From the NCBI GenBank assembly GCA_024275145.1, contig JAJRZR010000044.1, positions 863 through 64,862 of the forward strand: a stretch of 64,000 nt of DNA. Reading direction: 5' to 3'. Of this stretch, positions 7,413 through 16,834 are shown piece by piece. Each line of letters starts with the position of its first letter. The first letter of the stretch is position 1. The stretch comes from Deltaproteobacteria bacterium. Lineage in GTDB: Bacteria; Desulfobacterota; Dissulfuribacteria; Dissulfuribacterales; QOAL01. Under the pieces are notes generated by a model. It was not told where the DNA came from, did not search any database, and worked only from the letters and a program-made list of their open reading frames with translations. The translations under genes and the position numbers were made by a program.

Positions 7413-7922
7413 ATGCCCGTCTACGAATTTTATTGTCCGGACTGCCACATGATCTTTAACTTTTTCTCACGAAGGATCAATACGGAGAAACGGCCTGATT
7501 GCCCAAAATGTGGCCGTCCGAAAATAGAAAGACAGGTTTCGATCTTCTCGGTTTCCAAGGGGCTTAAAGAAGAGGATGACACGGGAATGCCTGATCTGGA
7601 CGAATCAAGGATGGAAAAGACCATGATGGCCCTTGCCTCTGAAACAGAGGGAATAGATGAAGAGGACCCGAGGCAGGTCGCCCGTCTTATGAAAAAATTC
7701 TTCAATGCCACGGGTATGAATATGCCATCGGCCATGAAAGAGGCGATAAGCAGGATGGAAGCCGGTGAAGACCCTGAAAAAATAGAGGAAGAGATGGGTG
7801 ATATACTTGGAGATGACGCTGGAGACGAACTTTTTTCTGAAATGTTGGGGAAAACCGGCCTCAAGGGGCTGCGAAAAAGATATATAAGGCCCCAAGTAGA
7901 TGAAACGCTTTATGAACTCTAG
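7413..7922 (+). CDS. FmdB-family zinc-ribbon protein with acidic C-terminal tail
   Basis: MPVYEFYCPDC...CPKCG. GGAGGA RBS upstream of the ATG at 7413; the ORF-track start at 7374 is probably too early. Confidence 0.75.
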   Translation: MPVYEFYCPDCHMIFNFFSRRINTEKRPDCPKCGRPKIERQVSIFSVSKGLKEEDDTGMPDLDESRMEKTMMALASETEGIDEEDPRQVARLMKKFFNATGMNMPSAMKEAISRMEAGEDPEKIEEEMGDILGDDAGDELFSEMLGKTGLKGLRKRYIRPQVDETLYEL

Positions 7923-8721
7923 TGCTCGCCTTCCTGGCATCCCTAACGACCCTGTAGACACATGTGGCTTTATAGGTGAAACGCCCTTTGAAGAGATCGG
8001 TTATCATAACTTCAATCGGTGGGGCGGCATCAGCAATCCACCCTTTAGCAGCCTTAACTGCGGCCTGGCCACTGGAGACAATCCTGCCTCTGTGGCTGAG
8101 AACCTGAAGAGGGTCCAGGAAAGGACTAAAGCACAGGGGCTCGTCCTTGCTGAACAAATTCACATGGCAGGAATCAAGAGGGTAACCGGAAAAGATGCCC
8201 TGAATTTTCACGCCATTGTCAAGGCCCCTTCAAAAATAAGGGAAATTAGAGGAGTCGATGGCCTGGTGACGAACATCCCTGGCATAGCACTGATAATCAA
8301 ACATGCCGATTGCCAGGCAGTGAGTCTATTTGATCCGGTGCAAAGGGCCATTGGGAATATCCATTGTGGATGGCGCGGGAATGTAACAGGTATTCTCATG
8401 GATGCCGTAAGATATATGGAACAATGTTTTAGTTCCAATCCCCAGGATATCTGGGCGGCGATAGGACCATCAATGGGCCCGTGTTGCGGGGAATTCAAGG
8501 GCTGGAAGAGACTGCTACCGGTTGAATTTCATAGATTCAGAACATCTGGCAACCATTTTGATTTTTGGGGTATCAGCCGTGTACAACTCATGATGGCCGG
8601 GATACCGGGTAACCAGATAGCCCTCTCTAAAACATGCACTGTCTGCAACAAGGATTTCTTTTCATACAGACGCCGACACCTTACCGGACGATGTGCAACG
8701 GCAATCATACTTACTAATTGA
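7900..8721 (+). CDS. pgeF: Peptidoglycan editing factor PgeF / YfiH (DUF152, polyphenol-oxidase-like)
   Basis: HADCQAV, HCGWRG and CTVC...FFSYRR motifs. Confidence 0.8.
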   Translation: MKRFMNSSARLPGIPNDPVDTCGFIGETPFEEIGYHNFNRWGGISNPPFSSLNCGLATGDNPASVAENLKRVQERTKAQGLVLAEQIHMAGIKRVTGKDALNFHAIVKAPSKIREIRGVDGLVTNIPGIALIIKHADCQAVSLFDPVQRAIGNIHCGWRGNVTGILMDAVRYMEQCFSSNPQDIWAAIGPSMGPCCGEFKGWKRLLPVEFHRFRTSGNHFDFWGISRVQLMMAGIPGNQIALSKTCTVCNKDFFSYRRRHLTGRCATAIILTN

Positions 8722-8734
8722 GCAATCACAGGTT

Positions 8735-8767
8735 ATCCCAAATTACGTACTCTAAAGACCGAACAAA
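8735..8767 (+). repeat. Solo head of the intergenic repeat family
   Basis: ATCCCAAATTACGTACTCTAAAGACCGAACAAA matches the heads at 14285, 42455, 42815 (rc) and 33037 (rc). Confidence 0.6.
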
Positions 8768-8795
8768 CACCCCTTCTTCCATTTAAAGCAGTTAT

Positions 8796-8919
8796 CCCGG
8801 ATTATGCAGCTCGAGAGTTTGCCGGAGATGCAAGGCATCAGGGGCGCAGACATACTTAGGTATTTCAAATCCCTGATAATGCAGCAGATTCGGCAAACTT
8901 GCTAGCTCCATAATCCGGG
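8796..8919. repeat. 124-bp palindromic short form of the intergenic repeat family
   Basis: 29-nt imperfect inverted termini CCCGGATTATGCAGCTCGAGAGTTTGCCG / CGGCAAACTTGCTAGCTCCATAATCCGGG. These termini match the ends of the long copies. Confidence 0.65.
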
Positions 8920-9126
8920 ATTGAGGCCGAGTCACTGGCTGGATCATTACAGACCGCCTACTCAGGGCCTTGGGGATGGACCTGAGGTTACAGACAAATC
9001 TGGCCAACCTTGCTAGGCTCTTTACAGGATCTTTAGAAAATCGTCTCTAAAAATCTTTATGCGGCCGGTACTTTGGTACCGCATCTCGTGCTAAAGCCTA
9101 AATGAACTTACATCGCAGGAGGAGTA

Positions 9127-10395
9127 GTGGCACACCTTTTACATCACCCTCTATGGGCCCAGTTCTTGATCGTTACCCTGGCTGGCTTCATGATCGGTCT
9201 TGAAATGAAAAGTTACCGGATGCGCGTCCATCCGGACACCTCCAGGCAGATCGGAACAGCCAGGACCTATACCTTCATTGCCATCATGGGTTTTATCTTC
9301 CAGATGATAGGGACCGAACTCTATCTGATAGGATTTGTGATGCTGAGTGCCCACTTTCTGTTCTATTACTGGCACAAACTCCGCCAGGACCGGCTGGGGA
9401 TTCTAAGTTTCCTTGTGGCCTCTCTGGTCTATGGATTTGGCATACTGATCAACCAGTTTCCGATCTGGATCTTCGCTCTGCTATTTGTGGCCGTCATCTT
9501 TATCCTGAACGCAAAGGCCCGCATCAATCTATTTGTTGAGGCTATCGATCCCCAGGAGATCGAAACCTTTGCCAAGCTGATCCTGCTCAGCGCTGTCATC
9601 TTGCCGCTACTGCCCAATAAACCCATCTCACCCTACTTGCCCATCTCAGCATTCAAGATATGGCTTGCAGTAGTGGTGGTGTCCTTGATCTCCTATGTGG
9701 GCTACATTCTGGAATCCTATTTTTTCAAGGCCAAGGGATACTTTCTCACAGGCATCCTGGGTGGCCTCTATTCAAGCACGGCCGCCACCATCGTCCTGGC
9801 GAAGAAAAGTGCCGAAGCCAGGGGTGGTGCCAACATCTTCGCCGCATCCATTATCATTGCCACTACAGTGATGTACCTCCGGCTTTTTGTGATCGCCTTC
9901 ATCTTCAACCACACCATCGCAATCGACATTTCCCGAAACCTGGTGGCCCTGTCACTTTTGTCGGCAGGTATAGCATGGGGCTTCTATGCCAAGAGAAAAA
10001 TCAAGGGCAAAGAGGACCCGATTACTACCCAATCGAACCCATTGGAATTACCCACAGCCTTTCTGTTCGCCTTTCTATTCGTAGCCATGGTATTTGTCAC
10101 ACACATCGTTTTACAGCATTATGGCAATACCGGGCTCAAGGTCCTTTCCTTCATCGTGGGATTCACCGATATCGATCCCTTTATCGTGTCTATACTCACC
10201 TCCAAATTCCGGATAACCACCACAGAGGCTGGAAGCGCCATCCTCATCGCTGCAGGAAGCAACAATATCCTCAAGGCCCTTTACACCTGGTTCTTCAGCT
10301 GGAAAAGAGCCGGGATGCACAGTGCTGTTACATTGATAATACTGGGTATACTGACCATCGCCGCGGGGCTTTTCCTGCCCCACTATCATCTGTGA
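9127..10395 (+). CDS. MgtC/SapB-family membrane protein with DUF4010-like C-terminal half
   Basis: 422 aa, polytopic. The N-terminus GLEMKSYR...IGTARTYTFIAIMG resembles the MgtC domain. Confidence 0.5.
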   Translation: MAHLLHHPLWAQFLIVTLAGFMIGLEMKSYRMRVHPDTSRQIGTARTYTFIAIMGFIFQMIGTELYLIGFVMLSAHFLFYYWHKLRQDRLGILSFLVASLVYGFGILINQFPIWIFALLFVAVIFILNAKARINLFVEAIDPQEIETFAKLILLSAVILPLLPNKPISPYLPISAFKIWLAVVVVSLISYVGYILESYFFKAKGYFLTGILGGLYSSTAATIVLAKKSAEARGGANIFAASIIIATTVMYLRLFVIAFIFNHTIAIDISRNLVALSLLSAGIAWGFYAKRKIKGKEDPITTQSNPLELPTAFLFAFLFVAMVFVTHIVLQHYGNTGLKVLSFIVGFTDIDPFIVSILTSKFRITTTEAGSAILIAAGSNNILKALYTWFFSWKRAGMHSAVTLIILGILTIAAGLFLPHYHL

Positions 10396-10403
10396 GGGAA
10401 AGA

Positions 10404-11705
10404 ATGAAAAAAAAGGCATTCGGACTCTGGAGTGCAGTTTTTCTGGGAATTGGGTCCATGGTAGGGGCCGGGATATTTATAGTCATAGGCCAGGCGGGTG
10501 CAATTGCAGGCAATCTCGTCTGGCTAACGTTCCTCATAGGGGGTATCATCGCATTGCTGAGCGGCTATTCCCTTTCCCAACTGGCCCTGCGCTATCCCAG
10601 CCGAGGTGGGATAATCGAATACCTGGTGCAGTGCTATGATGAAGGATTCTTTTCCGGTTCTATGGGGGTACTTTTTTATCTCTCCCAACTTGTGGCACTT
10701 GCAGCTGTGGCCAAGAGTTTCGGCACCTATGCCGCTACATATATGACCAGTGGGCATCAGATATGGGCCAACGTATTTGCAGTGGGAATTATTGCCCTCT
10801 TTACCCTTATAAACCTGGTGGGCGCAGCCTGGGTGGCACGCAGTGAAAATACCATAGTCGTTATCAAACTGACCATATTGCTGGTTTTCACCATTGCCGC
10901 CCTCTTTTATGTAGACCCCACACATCTCCGGCTCGCCGATGCTCCATCGACAATGAACCTCTTCTATGCCCTTGGACTGGTTTTTTTTGCCTATCAGGGC
11001 TTCAGCGTGATCACCAACAGCGTGGAAGACATGGTCAACCCCAGGAGCACCATGCTAAAATCCATGGCCGTCGCCATAATCATAGTAGCAATCCTCTATA
11101 TTGGTGTATCTATCGTTGTCTTAGGGAATCTGTCCATGGATGAAGTAATCAAGGCAAAAGACTACGCATTGGCCGAGGCTGCCAAGCCGGCCTTTGGCAA
11201 ATTGGGTTTCAAGATAATGGCCGCAACCGCCCTGATCGCCACAGCCAGCGCGATCAATGCTACATTATATGCAGTAAGCGAGATCAGCTATACGCTGGCT
11301 AAAAACGGGTCGTTACCCAAGGAATACGAATATCATGTATTCAATAATACCGAGGGATTGCTTATCAGTGCCGCATTGATCGTCCCTGCAATCCTGTTCA
11401 TGACCCTTGATCAGGTAACCACCGTGGCCGCCATTGCCGTACTGCTGATCCAGGGTTTTACCCATGTGGGTCATCTCCTCAAACGCCGTGAAACCGGAGC
11501 CAATCCCCTGCTCATAATAGTGGCGATTCTCGGCATGTTTAGTGCCGCCTTTATCGCCATTGATTTTACCCGGAAGCAACTACCTAATATCATATATTAT
11601 ATATTTGGAGCCTTCTTCATGGCGTACATGCTGGAAGTGATATTACGATTGACTGTTGGCAGGATAATCAGAAAGACAAGCCGGCATAAAAATAAGATCC
11701 AATGA
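10404..11705 (+). CDS. APC-superfamily amino-acid permease
   Basis: MKKKAFGLWSAVFLGIGSMVGAGIFIVIGQA... with about 12 helices. The 681-aa ORF-track frame is an artefactual upstream extension. Confidence 0.8.
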   Translation: MKKKAFGLWSAVFLGIGSMVGAGIFIVIGQAGAIAGNLVWLTFLIGGIIALLSGYSLSQLALRYPSRGGIIEYLVQCYDEGFFSGSMGVLFYLSQLVALAAVAKSFGTYAATYMTSGHQIWANVFAVGIIALFTLINLVGAAWVARSENTIVVIKLTILLVFTIAALFYVDPTHLRLADAPSTMNLFYALGLVFFAYQGFSVITNSVEDMVNPRSTMLKSMAVAIIIVAILYIGVSIVVLGNLSMDEVIKAKDYALAEAAKPAFGKLGFKIMAATALIATASAINATLYAVSEISYTLAKNGSLPKEYEYHVFNNTEGLLISAALIVPAILFMTLDQVTTVAAIAVLLIQGFTHVGHLLKRRETGANPLLIIVAILGMFSAAFIAIDFTRKQLPNIIYYIFGAFFMAYMLEVILRLTVGRIIRKTSRHKNKIQ

Positions 11706-12248
11706 ACCTGGATTGCCTCCCTTTCATCCCAAACCTTCCTGTCCCCTGGGGCGCAGCCTGGGACATATAGAACGTATGGAAGAGAGATACCCACTGTAGC
11801 CTTTCTACATCGTCTCCGGTGCAAGGCGTGGATTGGTTCGTGGAATTTCGAGATATGACAAAGATTCAAGATGAGCTTCTTGCACCTTGAGATATATATG
11901 GATGCAAAGATGCTGTTGAAATAGCTACATGGATACGTCTCCCAGCAGAAACACGGGAGAAATAGGACATGGATATCCTACAGGTATTCCCTGTACTTAC
12001 TTTCTAGCTTGCCTCCTTGGCAAATTTACGGACTTCATGATCTGATTCCAAGGTGGGCAAGGCGTTGAAGATGCCAAGATTAATTGACAATTACCGCAAA
12101 AGACTATAAGAAAAAATTATTGAAGGTTCTTGGCCGGGTTGTTGATCTATAAGGAATTTCAAGGAAACTAGGTTGGCACCTGTTACGATCCTGGAGAACC
12201 GGGGGAAAGCCAGTCTGGACCTTGACCGTAATCGAAGAGGAGGGGATT

Positions 12249-14168
12249 ATGAAAAGGGTATTCTTAGGTCTGCTTCTGCTTGGAATCACTTACTGTTTCA
12301 TCACGGATTATGCCTTTGGTTTTGGCAAGGATATAGAAATATATTCTGGTGACATAAATATATTCGATGTAGATTATGGTAAGGATTCCGGCTACATTAT
12401 CGTAGCCTTTCAAAAAAAGGATGAAGATGGAATCGAGGTATATCGTTCGCAGGACCACGGCTATACATGGCAAAAGGCCTCTGTTGACATCGCGGCCCCG
12501 AAGAATCTCTCCCGTATAAGGGTTTGTGCCGACAGCTCAGGCGACGCTGCAAGCGTATACCATGTGGATGAAAACGGCTATCTGTATGTCAGTTTCACCA
12601 CATGGAGCACCGTACAGCCTGTAGTGGTCCTTGCCCCGATCAAGATCAGCGATACCCCCATCGTCGAAACAAGCTTTGACGTGGTGGACAACCCTACCGA
12701 GAACCGACGCATTGTCGTATGGTCAACAGGTACCGGCACCAACTCGAAACAACAGATGAAATACTCCTATGGACTCAGCTGGAGCAGCTGGGTAGACTGG
12801 TATTGGGATGGAGGCGGGGCAAGGGAGGACCTTGCCTATACCCCTGGCAGTTCGGATGGCTATATCCATTGGGTTTATAGTAGCCTTGAATATGGCTCCA
12901 CCGAAGAGATTACATACTTCAGGTTCCCTAGCCTTGGCAACTTATATGACAAAAAGATCCGCTTGACCTCAAACAGCGTAAAGGACTATGACCCGAGGGT
13001 AGCTGGAGTTAATGATGACAATTCCACCGTATGGGTGGTCTATAACAGGGATGACGGAAACCACGAGATTGATCTCTATTACCGTTACAGTTTGGATGGA
13101 GGTGCGACTTGGCAGCCCAACGAGTACGCGGTCTCAAAGGTTACAGGGGTGGATGAATATATTGCAGATATAAAATTCTACAAATACTATCCGAACGGTT
13201 GGGTGGATATGGTCTATATCTATGATGATCCAGCGGGTGATCCGGTCAGGAAGGCCATCTGGTGTTATGCATCGGCCAGTGACCCCACAAACTGGCGTGG
13301 GAAATACACGATAAACGACCAAGACGTTCAGGCATGGCCCGAGGATAGCGCACCTAGGATCGTATATTCCCCAGGAGCGCCGGCAAGTGGAGGTGGGGTG
13401 GTATTTTCATACGCAGGAAGACACGGCCTCTATTTCGATGCTCCATGGAACCACACGCTCACGGTCACGGTAAGTGGATCAGGCAAGGTAGTCAGCTCCC
13501 CTGCAGGCATCGATTGCAGTTCGGATAACATTACCAACTCCACCGTATGCAATGCCTCCTTTGCAAATAATACAGCGGTTGCACTGAATGCAACGCCCAT
13601 AGACGGTGACACCTATACATCTTATTTCATCGATTGGGGAGGAGATTGTTCTGGTTCCAGCACATCCTGCGCACTCTCGATGGATGACGACAAGAGCGTT
13701 ACAGCGAACTTTGGGGCCCTGGGCATACCGGTATTTGCCCTGTCACCACCCACCAGCCAGGAGAGCTGGACCTATCCGCCGGTCGTAGATCCTGTAAAAC
13801 AACCGTATGCCAAGGATTGCAGGCCCTTTGCTGTTGGAGATCTTACAACGGGTAATATCACGCTCAAGGTAGGGCTGCCTCCATTTGCAGATGCAGTGGA
13901 TGTCTATCTCGGCCTTTATTTTCCGACGATTGATCCCGACAATGTCTATCTGATTACGACAGGGAATAATATTCAGCCGATATCAGCAGGCTTTACACCA
14001 TTGAAGGCAAATGTCTCCGGTACGGATATAGACGAGACCCTGTTCAGCAACGTTTCCATGTCAGCATTGCCTTCAGGCACCTACTACATGTGTGTAATGG
14101 TAACCCCGGCGGGGACAACGGATTTGAGCGCTTACTACCTTTGGATTACATATTTCGTGGTCCCCTGA
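12249..14168 (+). CDS. Secreted BNR/Asp-box (sialidase-like) repeat protein with InlB-B-repeat-like domain
   Basis: Signal peptide MKRVFLGLLLLGITYCF after a GAGGAGG RBS. Asp-boxes SQDHGYTW and SLDGGATW. TLTVTVSGSGKVVSSPAGIDC...FIDWGGDC..C...VTANF. Confidence 0.6.
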   Translation: MKRVFLGLLLLGITYCFITDYAFGFGKDIEIYSGDINIFDVDYGKDSGYIIVAFQKKDEDGIEVYRSQDHGYTWQKASVDIAAPKNLSRIRVCADSSGDAASVYHVDENGYLYVSFTTWSTVQPVVVLAPIKISDTPIVETSFDVVDNPTENRRIVVWSTGTGTNSKQQMKYSYGLSWSSWVDWYWDGGGAREDLAYTPGSSDGYIHWVYSSLEYGSTEEITYFRFPSLGNLYDKKIRLTSNSVKDYDPRVAGVNDDNSTVWVVYNRDDGNHEIDLYYRYSLDGGATWQPNEYAVSKVTGVDEYIADIKFYKYYPNGWVDMVYIYDDPAGDPVRKAIWCYASASDPTNWRGKYTINDQDVQAWPEDSAPRIVYSPGAPASGGGVVFSYAGRHGLYFDAPWNHTLTVTVSGSGKVVSSPAGIDCSSDNITNSTVCNASFANNTAVALNATPIDGDTYTSYFIDWGGDCSGSSTSCALSMDDDKSVTANFGALGIPVFALSPPTSQESWTYPPVVDPVKQPYAKDCRPFAVGDLTTGNITLKVGLPPFADAVDVYLGLYFPTIDPDNVYLITTGNNIQPISAGFTPLKANVSGTDIDETLFSNVSMSALPSGTYYMCVMVTPAGTTDLSAYYLWITYFVVP

Positions 14169-14178
14169 GCCCTATAGG

Positions 14179-14200
14179 TGCAGGCCCCCAAGGGCCTGCA
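14179..14200 (+). terminator. Terminator-like GC hairpin after the BNR gene
   Basis: TGCAGGCCC-ccaa-GGGCCTGCA, followed by a second palindrome CCCGGTTAACCCGGG. No clear T-tract. Confidence 0.35.
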
Positions 14201-14284
14201 GCCCGGTTAACCCGGGATAATCCTGGCTCAATTAAGATCCCCCAGGGAAACCCCTGATGTATTCCCATCGACCAGCCAGGTATC

Positions 14285-14490
14285 ATCCCAAATTATGTAC
14301 TTCAAATGCCGAACAAAAATATTGTTCCTTAAATTTCAAGATGTTATAAGCAAGGGACCGTTTTCGTTTTTTCACCTAAAAGGTGCAAGCAAAATGCAAT
14401 GAAGTTGTTCGGCATTTGAAGCCGCAAGGGGCTCGAAAGTTTACCGAGTGCTGCTTGCCAAAGACCGGTATGACGTAGAATCCAGTCCAG
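14285..14490 (+). repeat. Full-length copy of the structured intergenic repeat family
   Basis: Head ATCCCAAATTATGTACTTCAAATGCCGAACAA, conserved GTTATAAGCAA / TTCACCTAAA / GCATTTGAAGC / AAGTTTACCGA blocks, degenerate tail GTAGAATCCAG. Confidence 0.65.
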
Positions 14491-14767
14491 GGTGATGGTT
14501 TCCATGTCACGAAATCCCCCGCGGATCTTTTTCAATCTCCTGAAATTGATCTCTGCACATGTTCAGCCTTGTGAACCGTGATCCTGGAAAGAAAACGGCT
14601 GATCATGCCTGGGAGGGAAACCTGGTAAGGCCGACCAGCTTTTGAAATACCTTTATGGAGGTGTATCCCCTCGGAGTAAATGTCAGGCTTGCAAAGGGCA
14701 TTGCCTGTGTTTATGGTATTTAAAAAATGTGGACCCGCCTGGATAAAGCAAGGGAAAGGAGTTTTAA

Positions 14768-15373
14768 TTGACACTGATTCAGATTGCCTTGGCAATAGCT
14801 ACTATTTCCTTTGTTTTCCTTGTTGTCTATATAATAAAATTGACGAAGAGCGTTCAACAGACATTGAAGGTGGTCAATGAAGCGTTCAGCGGCGGAAAGG
14901 CCGGGATGGACAAAATTCTGGGACAGATTGAACCGGTCGTAGCCAATCTCTCCCAGCTTGAAGAGATGACCAAGGAACTCATGTCAGGTCTGGACGGGCG
15001 CATCGCCAGACTTGAGGATGAGGTGATCCCTTTGTTGCAGGATTTGAGAGAAACGGCCAAGGCATATCAACGCCTGGAGGAGGGCCTTGAAAGGCGGATT
15101 GAACAGGACGTGCCCCCGCTTCTTGAGGATCTCCATGATATAACGGGAGATATAAAGGAGCTGACCAGTGACATCAAGGGCAAGGTCGAACAGAGCAAGG
15201 CCCTTTTTGATGCCGTGAGGGAAACCGGAGAGACGATGCGGGTCGTTACTGGCATCGTCCGTTCCGGGCTTTCCGGGTTGGCGGTTCAACTGGCCAGCAT
15301 GGCCGTTGGGGCCAGGGCCTCGCTGGAGTTTATAGCTGATAACCTTACCACTAAAGGAGGTGGCAAAAGATGA
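14768..15373 (+). CDS. DUF948-like membrane-anchored coiled-coil protein
   Basis: N-terminal TM helix followed by a long helical repeat region. Start overlaps nothing; stop overlaps the YtxH gene start. Confidence 0.5.
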   Translation: MTLIQIALAIATISFVFLVVYIIKLTKSVQQTLKVVNEAFSGGKAGMDKILGQIEPVVANLSQLEEMTKELMSGLDGRIARLEDEVIPLLQDLRETAKAYQRLEEGLERRIEQDVPPLLEDLHDITGDIKELTSDIKGKVEQSKALFDAVRETGETMRVVTGIVRSGLSGLAVQLASMAVGARASLEFIADNLTTKGGGKR

Positions 15374-15744
15374 GTTGCGAAGGAAGATTTTCTGCTGGTA
15401 GTGTTGCATTGTCATTTTTACTTGGAAGCGCTGTCGGGGCTGGTCTCGCGGTCTTGCTGACACCCAAATCCGGTCCAGAGACAAGGGAATTTATACGGGA
15501 ACAGGCCTATTCCGCTCGTGGCGAGGCGCTCAAGGTGGCCGATGACGTGAAGGACAAGGCCTCTGAACTTTTGGATAAGAGCAAGGAGGTTGTTGAGCAG
15601 AAAAAGGCAATCCTTGAATCGGCTTTAGAGGCCGGGAAGGCCGCCATGGAGCGTGAGAAGGAACGTCTGATTGCTAAGATCAAGAAAGAAGAGGAAGAGG
15701 GACTGGCCGGAGAGGCAACGGCTGGGGAAGGCCCCGAGGCATAA
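15370..15744 (+). CDS. YtxH domain-containing protein
   Basis: LLGSAVGAGLAVLLTPKSGPETREFI motif followed by a charged helical tail. Confidence 0.7.
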   Translation: MSCEGRFSAGSVALSFLLGSAVGAGLAVLLTPKSGPETREFIREQAYSARGEALKVADDVKDKASELLDKSKEVVEQKKAILESALEAGKAAMEREKERLIAKIKKEEEEGLAGEATAGEGPEA

Positions 15745-15771
15745 GGGAGAGAGTTGGCCTTATATTATAGC

Positions 15772-15846
15772 GGGAGCGCCCCCTGTTCATCCCTGAAGAA
15801 CGCCAACAAGCATGGTATATGAAAGGGATGAACAGGGGGCGCTCCC
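15772..15846. terminator. Perfect 23-bp inverted repeat between convergent genes (possible bidirectional terminator)
   Basis: GGGAGCGCCCCCTGTTCATCCCT (15772-15794) and its exact complement (15824-15846), with a 29-nt loop. Confidence 0.35.
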
Positions 15847-15980
15847 TGATAAGGACTGTGGCCGCGCACCATATAGGCTTCCAGCATCAATTTTCTATTA
15901 TGCAGGCCCTTGTTGGCTGAGCCAAACAGGATCTTGTTGCATTGGAGATCGTGGAAAGTTGCTGGGCTGTCTCTGCAGGC

Positions 15981-16802
15981 TCAAGGCAATTTTACCCCCT
16001 TCGTCCAGCCGAGTTTTTCCCTCAGTATACTGAAATAATCCCTGGCAGGGGACTTGATCAGCTTCAGGTAGCCTTCCGCCTTTTTGATTTCGATCCGGTC
16101 TCCCTCGCGGAGGCTGTGGCCTATCTGTCCGTCCATGACCAGGCTTATTTCCTCTGGTTCGTAGTCTATTCTTATGGAAATATTCCTGTCTGCCGACAGG
16201 AGCAAGGGGCGGGCACTCAATGCAAAGGGGCATATCGGAGTAAGAACGAATGCCTCGATTGCCGGGTGCAGGATGGGGCCTCCGGCAGACAGATTGTAGC
16301 CGGTCGAACCAGTGGCCGTTGAGATAATGAGGCCGTCACCGCGGTAGACCGTGAGAAACGAATCACCTGCCCAGGTCGGTAGCGTGATCATCTTCGCCAG
16401 TGCCCCTTTGGTTATGACCGCCTCGTTCAATGCATAATATGTCGTTGGCCCGTCACCGTTTCTGTTCAGGGTTATGGCCAGCATCATCCTTTCATCCAGT
16501 TCGAAGGTGCCGTTCAACATATCTTCGAGGGCCTTTTCCATCTCATCCATGTGGACCTCAGTCAAAAAGCCGAGCCCCCCTAGATTGATGCCCAAAAGGG
16601 GTATTCCAAGCTGGTAGGCCTTGCTGGCGATATGCAGCAATGTCCCGTCTCCTCCAAGCACAACTACCGCCTGGCTTTCCGGCACAACCTGCCCAAGGGT
16701 TATCTTGACACCGTGTTCACGCAGAAATCTTGAAAGGGCCACAGCCGCCTTCCTAGGGCGGGCGGCCCGATGTTTAATGATCAGACTGATGTGCTTTATC
16801 AT
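15981..16802 (-). CDS. nadK: NAD(+) kinase
   Basis: VVVLGGDGTLL, GINLGGLGFL and STATGSTGY motifs. Confidence 0.9.
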   Translation of the reverse strand: MIKHISLIIKHRAARPRKAAVALSRFLREHGVKITLGQVVPESQAVVVLGGDGTLLHIASKAYQLGIPLLGINLGGLGFLTEVHMDEMEKALEDMLNGTFELDERMMLAITLNRNGDGPTTYYALNEAVITKGALAKMITLPTWAGDSFLTVYRGDGLIISTATGSTGYNLSAGGPILHPAIEAFVLTPICPFALSARPLLLSADRNISIRIDYEPEEISLVMDGQIGHSLREGDRIEIKKAEGYLKLIKSPARDYFSILREKLGWTKGVKLP

Positions 16803-16834
16803 GTGGCTTGGAGATTGGTGTCGGTCTTTTGGGA

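Noticed and set aside
8792-9007. Small ORFs inside repeat copies (8792-9007, 14344-14535, 42556-42738)
   Set aside because: The translations of homologous repeat segments fall in different frames and share no protein similarity. The conservation is at the nucleotide and structure level.
9660-10403. N-terminal 248 aa of the 681-aa ORF-track entry
   Set aside because: This part overlaps the MgtC-like gene in another frame and is Arg/His/Pro-rich nonsense. The permease clearly begins at the ATG at 10404 (MKKKAFGLW...).
12173-12188. TTGGCAC as the -24 element of a sigma-54 promoter upstream of the BNR gene
   Set aside because: The required GC at -12 (TTGC) is absent at the correct spacing; the sequence is TGGCAC-ctgtt-ACGA.
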